Below, piece after piece: positions 24,226-36,532 of a DNA stretch of 64,000 nucleotides (within the stretch, counting starts at the first letter, position 1; each line of letters opens with the position of its first letter). The notes below the pieces were generated by a model. It was not told the origin of the DNA. It ran no database searches and saw only the letters and a list, made by a program, of their open reading frames with translations. Origin of the DNA: Camelus dromedarius (taxonomy: Eukaryota); NCBI RefSeq assembly GCF_036321535.1, contig NC_087436.1:12028001-12092000 (forward strand). The letters are read 5' to 3'. The position numbers and the translations under genes were made by a program.

Positions 24226-27200
24226 TGTGTTGATTAGGGGATAGCCAAGGAAATGGAAAGAAACAACTCTGGATTTTTCAAACCAAGGAGACTCTTACAT
24301 ATGTGCTGGATGACTTAAAGAGCAAAAGGGTAACACAGAAATTGGTAACTGTGAGCAAGAAGTGCCATCACTGGACCAGGGAACAGAAGAGAAGGGGTAG
24401 GTTAGCGGAACCTAGGAGCTCAGAGGAAGGGCTCTGCAGGGCTGGTTCTCACTCTTCGAAGGGAGGGGCCTCTGCCAGGGTGCTACTCGTCCCCTGAGAT
24501 TGTGCCCCAGAGCTATGCTGCAAATGTCATAAAACACTGGGGACTGGATCCAACTGCTGCTTCTGAGCAGTGCTGGCAAAGAGGGGGACAATAGGAAGGA
24601 AGTCCCCTCCCCCACCTTCTTTCTATGTGTCCTGTCAGTAGAACCTACAAGGAAGCCAGCTGGCAAAGGCAACTGGGAAGTGTAATTTGCTAACTTCCAG
24701 CCTCAGTCTCACCATCATAAAGCCATCAGCTCTGCCAGCTCAGCGCTCATAAAAACTCCTCTACACATATTTTGACTTCCATGCAACAACAATAACAACC
24801 TCATGCTTCTGCCCAGCAGGGTCCAGCTCTCTCCTATCCAAATGAAATCACCCTCACACTTTACCCATATCTCATCTCTAGAGGATGTTAAATCTTGTTC
24901 AGTCATGATCTCATTAAAATCATTACACAAAGTAATATGGATAAAATAAAGGATGAAAAAAGTTAGTGACTCCTCTGGGCTCAGATGGATTTACTCATCC
25001 GCCTGTGGTCAGCTGCTGGGATGGCTGTGCTGGTCTTTGGACTCTGGTATGTGTCTGGGGCCTTGGTTATAATGGTTTGTCTCTGTTCCATGTGGTTTTT
25101 CATCTTCCACATGGCAAGGATAGGCTCTTTTATGTGGCAGTTGGAGAGTTCCAAAAGAGAGAGCAGGAAGATACAAAGTTTCTTGAGACCTGGGCTTAGA
25201 ATTCACACAGTGTTACTTATGCTGTGTTCTATTGGCCAAAGCAAATCACAAGGGCAGCCCTTTCAAGATGTGGAAAAACAGATTCTACCTCTTGAAGGGA
25301 GAGGCTGCAAAAATAGCTATTTTGCAATGTACTACCTAAGCATGAAAGAAACATACATAGCTCTCCTTTTTCCACTACAAATTCCCTCTCAATTGACCCA
25401 CAGTGAGATGGATTTTCTTATTTAACTGCATCGGCACCCATTTTGGCCAGTGGCCCAAAATGATTTTTTTGAGTTCCTTGGATTAGCTTCAATTTAAGTC
25501 TAGCACACAGTCATACCAATTAAATGTGTGGAAGCATGTTTTGGGAAAGGCTTAGATAAGTTTCACAGTACGTAATTGTGGCAATATTGCAGAGTCCTTT
25601 CTCAAAGCTTTTTAGCCCCCTTCCAAATCAAAGAACTCCAGGTCAGTGAATTGGTTTAAGTTTGGGAAATGGATGAGAAACTGAAGATTCAAGCCAAATT
25701 TTTACCTATCAGACTTAAGAGTTTTCCTTCTATATTGAGTAAGTAACACTTTAGAAATCTGCCCACATATTTCACTCCTAGAATATTTCACTCCTAGGAA
25801 TCAAGTAACCATCATCAAAGATCCCTGCAAGCCAAGACATTCTAATCACCAGCCCTTCCTTGCTGCCCATTAAAGTAATTGTATAAATCTTGGTCCTTGA
25901 GGTTAGTGTTACTACCTCTGGTACTCTGTGATTCCATGATAGCTATTGAAATGAGGGATCCCCTTTCAATGCCACTATTTCCCACCACCATCTTTAGACT
26001 TCAGATGACAGCTACCACAGAGCTTTACAAAGATACGGGTGCGTGCCTTAGTGAAGGGAATGGCCTCTGGGCCCTCTAAAGAGATATAGTGGGAGTGGTG
26101 CGTGTGCAAGTTTCACAAGTTGAGTCCACTCTTACGTTCCTATATCCCTAAATACTTCCTTTAGACGAGGTTAGGAAATTCTCATCCCATCTGAAAGAGG
26201 GCTGCCATTGAATCCGATAAACTAAGAAAACTGTCAGAACAACTTTCGTCTGCTCAACCTATCATGTTAAATCTGGAATAAGAATACTTGTGTTGATTAC
26301 TTTGTCCTGATCAATGTCACATTTCATCCTCCTTGATCAAACATCCTTATAACGTATTTCCACTTATATCCCTAGATTCACGCCAATATAATTTAGGAAA
26401 ATATTGTGATCCTTTTGGAGTATAACCTGTCTTTCATGGGTTGGATTTTTCACTTGTCTATGGAAAGTACTCAGATTTTTCTAAGGGTAGGACTAGATAC
26501 AGTAGGAGCGGTAGCTCTTGAGGAGAATAAGTCACTCAGTGAAAGGAAGGCTCAGAGCAGATTCCTGATTTTTCAGCTTTATTTGTATCCACCCCGATGT
26601 CCCCATTCCTTCCCAATGTCTTTAGAACAGCTGCAACATCTACGAATACATCTACGAATATACCTTCCATTGTAATTCTGTAACTTACCCAAGTATTTAA
26701 ATGTTGAGTTTAATTTTCCGCTGTATCTGCCCTGCTATATACAAACTAAAATAAGTGCATTCCTACAAAAATAACAGATTCTTTCAGTGTCACAAGAGAA
26801 GCTTTGAGATTATTAAACCCCTGAGCACATTATTTCCCTTTCGTGTGGTCTCCAGCGCAGTCACAAATAGCCACTCTGCCCCACAGTCATCAGAGTTATT
26901 ATTACCACCGTATCAGTCAACTGCAGCAGCCACTTGGTCCCCTAAGATATTGATTTCAATAAGCACTTTATCCCAAGCAACTGCAGGCAGTAATTCAGTT
27001 AAATACCGCGTGCCAAGACAATATCAGTTTCCCGGTTTCTACTGCCAAGGAACTTAGCGTTAATTAAGTTCAAGGTCAAGGATGTATGTAAAATAATTCC
27101 ATAATCCTGTCTTTGCCAGTTTCCTGGGATCATTGTTGGTCCCTAGCACTGCAACCACCAAGAAAACAGGAAAGACATTAGGCATTTTGAACAGAGGGTA

Positions 27201-27705
27201 TTTAAACAGAGAATTGGTAACATGAGTGTTTGAAGGTAAAGGAAACATTGCAGTAACCCAGATAACAGTAACTCAGGAGGGAGCCCCCAGCCCTGCTCCT
27301 CCGGATGGAGTGAGAAAATTACCAGAATCTAAAAGGTTAAAGGAGGAGCCCACTCATTGGTCCTCAGATCTCAGAGAAGGGCATCCCAAGTGGCTGCTGC
27401 TGGAGCCTGGGAGGAGGTACCACAGCGCTGGTCCTGGAAGTGCTTAGAGAAGGCGAAGGTTGACGCTATCAACTGCTGCTGATCAACACAAAGAGAAACA
27501 GAGAAAACAGAGGAGTGTGTCTCTTCTCTCCTCCCCTTGCTTGCCAATCTCCTTCTATTGCCTTTACTGGCAAAACTGAGCAGGAATTCCCGCCATTTGA
27601 CTGACTTGGGAAATGAAATTTACAGAGTCCCCACCCCAACATCACAGAAAATAGTATTTTAAGGTGACTTTAGGACCAAAAGAAAATAGATGAACAGCTG
27701 GCACA
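24226..27705 (-). mobile_element. Decayed two-LTR ERVL-class element
   Basis: TG...CA termini; 5-bp flanks ggctt (24221-24225) and gtctt (27706-27710); related LTR-like blocks at about 24226-24730 and 27150-27705; internal-like sequence at 25.4-27.1 kb; the host L2 resumes in register across it. Confidence 0.65.
24935..25335 (-). mobile_element. MaLR LTR (old MLT1) nested in the ERVL-class element
   Basis: gtctctgttccatgtggtttttcatcttcca, ttctattggccaaagcaaatcacaaggg, agattctacctcttgaagggagaggctgcaaa. Confidence 0.75.
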
Positions 27706-28230
27706 GTCTTCCCACCCATCCTGAGTAAATGCTGAAGTCCTACAATGGTCTACAGGTTCTGCCATCACCTAGCTCCTTGTTGCCTCCCTTCCTCCCGTGC
27801 TCCTCTTCCTCCCCAGGCCCTCCTGCCGCACTGCCGTCTCCCTGCCCAGGCGCGTTCTGTCTCACAGCCTTCACATCTGCCGCTCGCTCTGCATGAAGTG
27901 CTCCCTCTGAGATAGATCTTCATAGCCCATTTTCATCCACTCAAAAGTTACTTTCTCAGGGAGGCATTTCCCGGACTTTCCACCAAAAATTTAACTCATA
28001 ATGGTATTTCAAATTTCTCTACCCCAATTTCTTCTTTCCCTTGCACTTATCACTCTGGTAAAATACTACATGTTATCTGTATTGATCTTATTGTATATCT
28101 TCTCCAGCGGAATTTTAGTGCCATAGGGTGGGGACTTGTATATGTTTTGGTCTTGGCTGGATCCCCAGTGCAAGAACAGTGTGTCTGCATTTATTTAATA
28201 TTCAAAAAATGTTTTTTTGAATTAATGAAT
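27706..28230 (+). mobile_element. LINE-2 3' end (continuation of the L2 broken at 24225)
   Basis: cttcccacccatcctgagtaaatgctgaagtcctacaatggtctacagg...ccccagtgcaagaacagtg...tttttgaattaatgaat. Confidence 0.8.
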
Positions 28231-29503
28231 ATCTACTAACATAACCCTAGCTGCAGTCAACTCTAGGAAACACCCCATATTCTAACTGCTGTCTCTTCAT
28301 CCATTCATAACTTCTGTTGATTCATTTTCAACACTGATGCTACAGTAATTTTTAAAAAATTAATGGTATGTTAAATTATGTTACAAGCAGCTGGAGGACA
28401 AGTCCTCTAGTGTTTATAATTTCACCTCTGCTTCTTCACTCCAGTTGTGGCCCTATATCTAAAATTGACTTACTTAGGTAAACCTTTCTCATTCAGAGTG
28501 CCTTTGTTCATTTAGATAATGATGATTTCTACATACGGCAGCTTTATCACCAATTCTTCACTTGATTTGTGGTTTTAATAATCTTATTTATAAATCTTTG
28601 CAAAGCGTCTTGTTACCTAATTTGGATTTTCACACCACAGAAACTAAGTGGACCATTCTTCACCTGCTCCCTGTTATGTGGACACAGGATGGAAGATGTG
28701 ACACAAAGGTTATCGTCTTGACTTATCACCTGTGGAACAACATATATGTTAAACTTCAGGTTTTTATTTCAAAGATGTTTATAATAAATTGAATATGCAT
28801 TCCTTTGGAAAATTCTTTGGGAACAGGACATAAAAATCTTATTCAAGACAAGAATTCATATAAAAAACAAAAGCCCTCTAAGTCACAAAATGTGAATGTG
28901 GATCTTGCATTTGGCACGGCTGTTTACAGGTCTAAAAGGGATAACTGTTTAACAGAATTATCAACTCTTGTTTCTAAAACAGAGGCACATGTCCTCTTTT
29001 GTATTGTCTAAACTCTGTTTTTGTACTTTCTGTAAAAGCTGCACACTCAGAACTGAACAGGTTGGGCTATTCTGATGGAATGACAGGATGCAGCAAGGAA
29101 CTGGGCACAATTCAGGACCGCCACCTGGTTATTTCTCTTTATCTGAACCACCCTGTCCTTTGAGCTTCGCCTATGCCACGCTGGTTGTCGGGTTGGATGT
29201 GCGTGCCTTCTCTTAGCGGACTGCAAAGGCCTAGAGGTTAGATTTTATTCACTTCCTGTTCCACCGAAGTCTTCTTACAGCGTAGGTGCTGAAACTGGGT
29301 GATGTAATTAATTGAAAACTGGCTACAGGAAGAAGTAAGTGTAGCAACTCTGCAACACAACAAGGGAACTGATTAAACATCATACGTGTTTTTAGATTCA
29401 ATGACATGAATGAATATCCAGATTTATCAATTACGTAAAATGTGTTCTGTGCAATGAACCAGGCTCTCAGCTCTTGTGAGTGAGTCAGTGTGTGGCTGAG
29501 GGA

Positions 29504-29537
29504 GTGTGAGTGAGTGTGTGTGTGTGTGTGTGTGTGT
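29504..29537. repeat. (TG)n microsatellite
   Basis: Read directly. Confidence 0.9.
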
Positions 29538-30652
29538 TTAATGGTTTAAGCTATGTTGAAAAGAAGGGTTTTGATAATTCTCAAAACAATGCTGGTTTTT
29601 GTTTGTTTTTTTGTTTTTTTTTTACAAAGTACAAATTGCTGTCCTGCTTCAAATAAACTGTCTGAATATAAATGCATGTGGGTTCATTCCTCCCTTCGTC
29701 TTCTCCCCCGCAGATCTCGGTCCTCCGACCTTGCAGAGCCGTCTTTCCCACCGGCTCAGGCTTCTCCTTGACTTCCTTTGGATCACATGCTTTGCAAAGT
29801 ATTAAAAAGCGAATTGCCTATTTTGGAAAGGGTGATTTCTTTATGAGACCATCTTAATCTCCGAGGGAAATGCAGAGTCACACAAAAATATGCCCAAACA
29901 GCTGGAGTGCAGGTCGACGTCAGGGAAACCGAACCTTTTTTTTTCCCCTTCGTATTGGAAAATGTGAGTGAAGTTACTTTTTATAAAACTTCCCTGCTGT
30001 TTTCACAGCACAGCATGCAGCCTTATGAGATGGCATAAGCTATATTTTCACACAAACTGTTCTTAAAAGGAGCCAGGACTGGTTGTCTAATCTTTACAAA
30101 ATACTTATATCTCTGATGGGAAAAAAAAATCCCCCATATCTAATGGTAGGATTGCAAAAAATTACCAGAAGGGAATTTGTTTGAAATTCTGTGCTGCCAA
30201 AACATACAAGTATAAGAATATACTTGCTTTTTATGTCAGAATTACTTTCATTGGTTTATCTTTAATGTAATTATTTTTTGCTCTCATGAATTAACCTTGG
30301 CTTCATGGATCTATTTAGTTGGTTAGCATCCAGTATTCATATGTTCCTTTAAAGTTTGCTGAGTGCCTACATATATATTATCTTACAAAGTAGGTATTCT
30401 TCTTAATCCCATTTCACAAGTGTTTGGAGATTGCTTTTGCAGATGTTACCCGAAGATGTTAAGGTAAAATCTAAAAATTCCAAAAAGCTTAGAATACCTA
30501 AGAGCAATTTTTAAAATAAATGATCAGACACTTATATGATAAAATTAATGTATTCAAACTTAGTACTGCAAACCTATTAAAGCAGAAGAAGAAATAATAA
30601 TAACCGACTGTATCTGTTCACATGTGGCATCACTGTTTCATCACTGAAGAGA

Positions 30653-31140
30653 TGTCATTAAGAATTATGTTTGGCTACTAGTGACAATAGTCTAAGCAAG
30701 AGACATGTAGCTCCGTCTCATGTTAAAGGAATCTGAAGCTAGGAAGCTTACCATGGCTGAGGGAAGTACGTCACATCTATCTACCCATCTATCTACCTCT
30801 CTACACACTGTGTATCGGAGAACTATGCTCTTTCTCTCTGCTCTGCTGTACTCAGCACATGTTTTGTATTTTCACGGGCACAGGGCGGTTTCTGGAGCTC
30901 CAGCCATCATATCACTGTTTCTGTGAGGCTTCAGGAGAAAGAGAAAGAAATGCCAAAAGGTCTTTCCAGAAATCCCACCCAGTAACTTCCACTTATATCT
31001 CACCAGTCATCCTTGTTGCCAGAGGGCATGGGAAAGGTGGACTCTTGGCCAGCGCATCACTGCAGGGATAGAACTAAAGATCTGTTACTAAAAAAGAAAA
31101 GCAGAATGGATTGGGGCACATATTTGCTGTTTTTGTCACT
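30653..31140 (-). mobile_element. MaLR LTR (old MLT1, K/L-like)
   Basis: ctggagctccagccatcatatc, cccagtaacttccacttatatctca, atctgttactaaaaaagaaaagcagaatggattgggg. Confidence 0.75.
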
Positions 31141-31739
31141 CATCCATAAAGGAACACAGCATTCTCCTATGTTTAAGGACAGTATTTATTCAATCCTCCA
31201 AACCATCACCCCACATGTAAAAACTGCCCTCGTAATGGATTAAAAAGGGTCCTTGATTAATTTAATCCTCTGATCAAAACGATCAGAGAAAACAACTTGA
31301 ATTTAGTAAGTGAAGATGACAGTTGAAAATGGAAAGTCATTTACCCTGGTTCAAAAGACTACATGATGACAGTAAAAAAAAAAAAAAAAAAAAATGAACT
31401 AAAAGTAGAAAATGTGGAATTATGGGTAGTCATCAGGTGCATGGTGATTTACTAAGAAGCCTGGTGAAGAGTAGTTTGCTTAAAAGCACTTTTCTCTATT
31501 AACCAGTTTGCAGTACTGTTTGTTAGCCAATGAAAATCACACATTAACTATTTTTAGGAGAAAATAAATAGCTATAATTTTTAGCTCATTCATAAACTAT
31601 TTATTAAAAATCTATACTATTCCTCTATCGGGATCACTTCCTGAAAGTATCTTGGGACCATTAAAGACTATATTTAAAATATGCCTATTGTTTTCTGGAA
31701 TTCTGAAAGCTAGAAAGAGATAAAATCATTTCCTTACTT

Positions 31740-32300
31740 ATTCTTATCATGGGCATGACTTAAAATATAAAATCCATTAGACGATTGACAACAAACATTT
31801 AGAAGAACAGTGATTTGTAGAAAATAACTAACTCACAGTCTCAAAATTTACATAACAAACATGAAAATGTGCTAGACCACACTAACAATACAGTGCAAGT
31901 AAATTAAGCAAAAACAAGAAAGACATAATTTTATCAAGAACTGGTAAGGGAAAATGATATAAACATTCCCTTTCATTATTTGAAGAAGAGTAATTGGCAA
32001 AATCTTTTGGAAAGATACTTATGCACACACATCTACGGGTTTTTTAGCCATATGTGAGTGTGCGTAAGTCTACACAGAGAATATTTTAACAGCCATATTC
32101 TTCAAGATAGTAATTCCATTTCTGGAAATCTGTCTTAAAGAAATAATCCTAAATACTGAAGGAAAAAAGTTTTATGCACACTCTTCATGGCAGCCGTGTT
32201 GAGAAGTGAAGAATTGGAAATAGGACTTGCTCAACACGGGATAAAAACCAAGTATCTAATGGTCCGTTCACTTACTGAGGTGAATACAGCATTTTAACTA
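31740..32300 (+). mobile_element. Ancient LINE-1 (L1ME-like) 3' fragment
   Basis: catgaaaatgtgctagaccacactaac, gtaattggcaaaatcttttggaaag, tagtaattccatttctggaaatctgtcttaaagaaataatc. Confidence 0.65.
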
Positions 32301-32329
32301 AGTAACTGAAAGGCTTAGAAAGCGTAAGA

Positions 32330-32990
32330 AGAGAACGCCGAGATGTCACAGGGTACCTACCCACTTCCGGCGGCAGCTGTCACACTTGGGGCTGGGGGCA
32401 CGAAGGGAAGAGACTGGAGGTACTAATCTTAGTCCCTTAGTGCCGTCTTACCTGAAGCCCAGACGTCTGAAAAGGCAGCCCAGCCAGCCCATGCTGATGT
32501 TTTTGAGGATCATGGTGCAGCTGGTTCTCTGGAAATAACTGCAAACTGCATTCACCTGCTGCTACGGGAGGCAGCTGCTACTTGGAGGATGAAAGAAGCG
32601 ACTCTAGAGGGATGTTCCGGAGGCAAGCAGCGGGCAGGAAGCTCTCGGGGAGCCCTTCACTTTCTCTGCAGCGCCCCCTCTTGGCAGAGCTTAACAGGGA
32701 ACCAGCGGGCAAAGCGGACATGCTCGGTTCCCCACTGCACTCCCACCTGCCGGAGAGCCTGTGAGTTTGCGCCACCATCTCCGTGTCCATCCTCTCACTC
32801 GTCACCTCCCAGCGCTCCTGGCTCCTGGAGAACGGAGGGCGAGGTGCCCCCGGTCTGCTGGGCTGAGCGAGAGCCTGTGCCAGCCACAGCGAGCAAGGTC
32901 CTCCTCGACTCCAGCGCCAGACCGCAGGTGCCCGGGACTGGCTGGGGAGGGGTGAGTGTGCGCCCCACCATCGCAAAGCTGAATATAGGA
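32330..32990. promoter_or_regulatory. CpG-enriched, GC-rich island; probable promoter or first-exon region
   Basis: The only extended CpG-dense, non-repetitive segment in a CpG-depleted window; contains an ETS-like cacttccgg and G-rich boxes (ggggaggggtg). Confidence 0.7.
32452..32513 (-). CDS. Candidate coding part of a first exon, MILKNISMGWLGCLFRRLGF+AG; gene not identified
   Basis: Minus strand gcaccATG at 32513 and an in-frame agcATGG at 32492; 62 nt open, then CAG|GTAAGA donor (intron starts 32451); lies inside the CpG island. No homology or RNA evidence. Confidence 0.45.
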
Positions 32991-33249
32991 GGGTTTGCAG
33001 ATTAGAAACAATAGCTTAATAACTGGCACATTATTTATTGCTTGTTTCTCCATCTAGAAAATAAATTCTTAAAGGACAGAGTAGTTCCAGTTCTTATAAT
33101 AGTTTCTGGTCCATGGCACGTGCTCCATAAATATTGTGGAATTAATTCTGTTATTGAAGAAAGGGGAAAATATGAAAAAAAAATGACATGTTTATCTCTA
33201 TCTTTTAGATTTCCCTAGTCCAGAAATTATTCTAGCAAATGAAATGCAT

Positions 33250-33430
33250 AAGCCTAAGGCATAAGCCACGCCTCTAAGTCACCGTGTTCCATCTCCTTTT
33301 AACTATGTGTGTCTTTGGGAAGTTACCTGACTTTAGGGACCCCAGTTACATAATCCTAAAAATAGGAACAACACTTACTTTGAAGTGTCCTTGTGCGGGT
33401 TGGCGATGATCATGTCGGGCACACGTTTGT
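33250..33430 (+). mobile_element. MIR SINE fragment
   Basis: taactatgtgtgtctttgggaagttacctgacttt...cagttacataatcctaaaaatagga. Confidence 0.6.
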
Positions 33431-33534
33431 TCAGTCGGCTGCCCTGTCGAAGCCACAACGCACATTTCCGCACCTTTTAGTGACTGTGCACCCGGCATCA
33501 TTTCCAGGAAGGTGTGGTCTCTGAATAGTGATAT

Positions 33535-33778
33535 AAAGTAACACTTATTGAGCGTTTATATTTGGGCCACACACTATTGTAAGTGTTTTCTCCATATTAA
33601 CATGCAATGTTTCCAACAATTTATGAGGTAGAGGCCTTTATTTTTCCAATTTTACAGAAGAAGAAATTAAGGCACATAAAGTTCAATCATTAGTCTTAGG
33701 TGACATAGCTAGAAAGTGTCAGAACTAGGACTTGAACCCAGGTAATCTGGCTTCAGAGTGTCTTTTTAGCCACTGTGT
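33535..33778 (-). mobile_element. MIR SINE
   Basis: taacacttattgagcgttta...ttttacagaagaagaaattaaggcac...gacttgaacccaggtaatctggcttcagag. Confidence 0.9.
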
Positions 33779-34329
33779 TTCTTAAATAAGATTATTAATA
33801 ATCTTGTTCTTAATGCTGACTCTGGGTATTTTGTAGGACTGTCTTGTGTGATTATTAATAGGCAGGCAACCTATTCAGCTGAAATTCCTAGGAGAATAAC
33901 TGGCTGAGAACAACCACATCTGACTGAAGTGAACACACCAAGAAGGGAGAGAGCTGGTGTCTTCTTTTACAAGGGTATCTGGAGAAAGCTTCAATTCAGC
34001 CAACCTAATTGTAAGCTGTTATCATCCTGTTTTGGAAAAACCCTGTAACTGGATACAAGAAAATCCTCTGTCCCTCAGGCAAGGTTTAACACTGGTCTCA
34101 GAAGCCCAATTAAAATTGATCAAAATTGTGTTTTAAAAAAATAGTTATAGTTTAAAAAATAGATTGAACCAAAATACTTTCCAGCGTTAATGCAGTTGTC
34201 TTTGGATGGTAATACAACAAATAATTTTTTTGTTTTTCTTTCCTTTTATAAAACTTCTTCATTAAAATTTTCTTTTTTTCTTCCTTAAAATTTTCTAAAT
34301 GAAAAAGTATTATTTTAAAAAGAATGTTT

Positions 34330-35200
34330 ATTTTTGATGTATGAGAGGAAATTGCTATTAAAAGTAGAAAATCTAGATAAATAAAAATAAAAAGTTATAT
34401 ATAGTCACACTGCTGTGTGTTAGAACTGCTATATTTTCCAAACTTTTTCCAGTGTAAGGACACTCATATACTGCCTGTGTATGTAGAAATTTTTACAAAA
34501 AAAACCCCCCAAAACCCAGAATCGTATTGTTCATACCCTGTTTTCCTTTTCACTGATCAGAATACTATGAATATCTTCTGAATAAATACACAAATACATC
34601 ATACTTTACAGTAACTTATTTGTAATAACATAATTTTTAAGCATTCCTCTATTGTTGGATATTTAGGTGGGCCCCATTTTATATTTTATTTAACTAATAT
34701 AGCCCCAAATTTATACATTTATTTTAACTACCTGTCTGATTAGTTCCTCAGAATAAATTCCAAGAGTGGAAATGCTGGATCAGTGGGCATACACTCTAAG
34801 TCTTTAAGTGCGTGTTAACTAATTGTTCCAGGCAACTCTTAGTGCATGTTAACTTTTAGTGCATGTTAACTGATTGTTAACTAATTGTGAACTAATTGTG
34901 GTTCCAGACAACTCTTCTCCCCAGTAGTATGTTAGAATACATGCTTGTTTCCCTTAGAGACACACCATGCTGCTTGGCATCTTTCTCAGTAAGAGAAGCT
35001 AAACAAAATCAATAGATATTATTTTTATCTCTTTGGTAACTGCTGAGCTTCATGTGTATTTGTCATTTGGGTTTCTTCTCATGTGAATTGCCTCTTTTTG
35101 TCCTTTGCCCATTTTATTCACTGAATTGGTTTTTTGTTTGACTTTTTTTTTACTGATTTATGAGTTATATTATTTTTTATATGTTGCAAGAAGTTTTACC
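34330..35200 (-). mobile_element. Ancient LINE-1 (L1ME-like) 3' fragment
   Basis: cattcctctattgttggatatttaggt, gaataaattccaagagtggaaatgctggatca, gtgaattgcctctttttgtcctttgcccatttt. Confidence 0.75.
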
Positions 35201-35559
35201 AGTTGGTGAATTAATAATACAGAAATTCCCACTCACATGTATTTCACATATTGCATTTTAAAGACGAGATGAAAGGCATAATCAAAGGAGTCCTGGAGCG
35301 TACTAAATGCCTAAGGCAGAAACAAAGGCATGAAGACCCCTGGAGCAGAAGAGACTCTCCCAGCTTGGCACCAAAGTTACCGGAAAAGAGCCCTGGGCTC
35401 ACAAGAGACTGTCAGGAAGAAAAGTCAAGAATTCAGTCTGGGTGAGAACTGCTCCCTCAGCCACAGGGAAGGTTTCTCTTCACCAGTTTCTTCATGAGAT
35501 AAAACCAGAGCCTGGTATCAAACTGCACAGCGTCTGCCTCCCGGCTCCTCTCTGCTGCT

Positions 35560-35840
35560 CAGGGTTAGTCAACCCTCAGATCTCAGCTCAAGCACCACTT
35601 CCTCAAGGAAGTTTTCTTTGACCTTGCCCCCTGGGTCAAACCTCCTTTTATGTTCATGAGACAGTGTCCTCTGTTACAGCATTTCTCATTGTTGCGATTT
35701 TGCCTGATAATTTGATTCACTTCTCTTTCTCACTAGCGTGGATACTCCCTGAGGCCAGAAGCTGTCTGGTTTTGCAGCCCTTCACCTACCCCTACACGTA
35801 GCCTGTCCCATACACATAGGAGATGCGTGACTGAGGTCTG
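35560..35840 (+). mobile_element. LINE-2 3' fragment
   Basis: cctcagatctcagctcaagcaccacttcctcaaggaagttttctttgacc...ctccctgaggccagaagctgtctgg. Confidence 0.7.
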
Positions 35841-36189
35841 CCATGTAAATTGATCATATATGAATATGCATTGTAAATTATAACACACACCCTTAGAGAG
35901 TGGGTTCAGCCATTCTCCACGAAAACTTTGACATTGTCATGAAGTGCTGACTTTACGAACCACTTCACGTATCATTAAATAGAAAAAGCTAAACTTGGGA
36001 GGTCATAATTTACCGGCAAAATGTACATTCTGGTGCCCCAAGTGAGCCAAACAGATTTTTCTCCCTATAGTTCTAGGTAAACAAGGCCATTTTGAATAGA
36101 ATGACTTTCCATTAAATCCTTCGTAATTTTTCAGAAGGCTGTTGATTAGACCCACAGACACCTCAAGATTAAGGAAAGCAGTCCTCTGT

Positions 36190-36532
36190 AGCTGTGCAGT
36201 CCAATGTGATAACCACCAGCCACATGTAACTGTTAAACAGTTTAAAGACAGCTAGTCGAAGTTAAAATATGCTATGTGTGTAAGATATGCATGGGATTTC
36301 AAAGGCTTGGTGTGGATAAAATAGTGAAAAAAACCCTCAGTTTCATATGTTAAAATAGTATTTTGGATATATTGGGTTATATAAAATGTATTATTTCTAT
36401 TCTATTTATATATAAAATATATAAAATAAAATTAATTCCACCTGTTTCTTTGTACTTTTTTTATTAGGTCTAGTAGGAAATTTACAATTAAATATGTGAC
36501 TCACAGTATATTTCCATCGGATGGTGCCGTTC
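36190..36532. mobile_element. MER33-like hAT-Charlie non-autonomous DNA transposon
   Basis: gtccaatgtgataaccaccagccacatgt...tattttggatatattgggtta...aaattaattccacctgtttc...aaatttacaattaaatatgtgactcac. Confidence 0.8.

Noticed and set aside
25766..26662. Short tandem duplications (atatttcactcctag twice near 25770; catctacgaata twice near 26640)
   Set aside because: Ordinary slippage duplications inside a dead LTR element.
32578..33053. The 60-138 aa ORFs overlapping the CpG island
   Set aside because: They are open on both strands in several frames, as expected for stop-poor GC-rich DNA, and have no recognisable domain.
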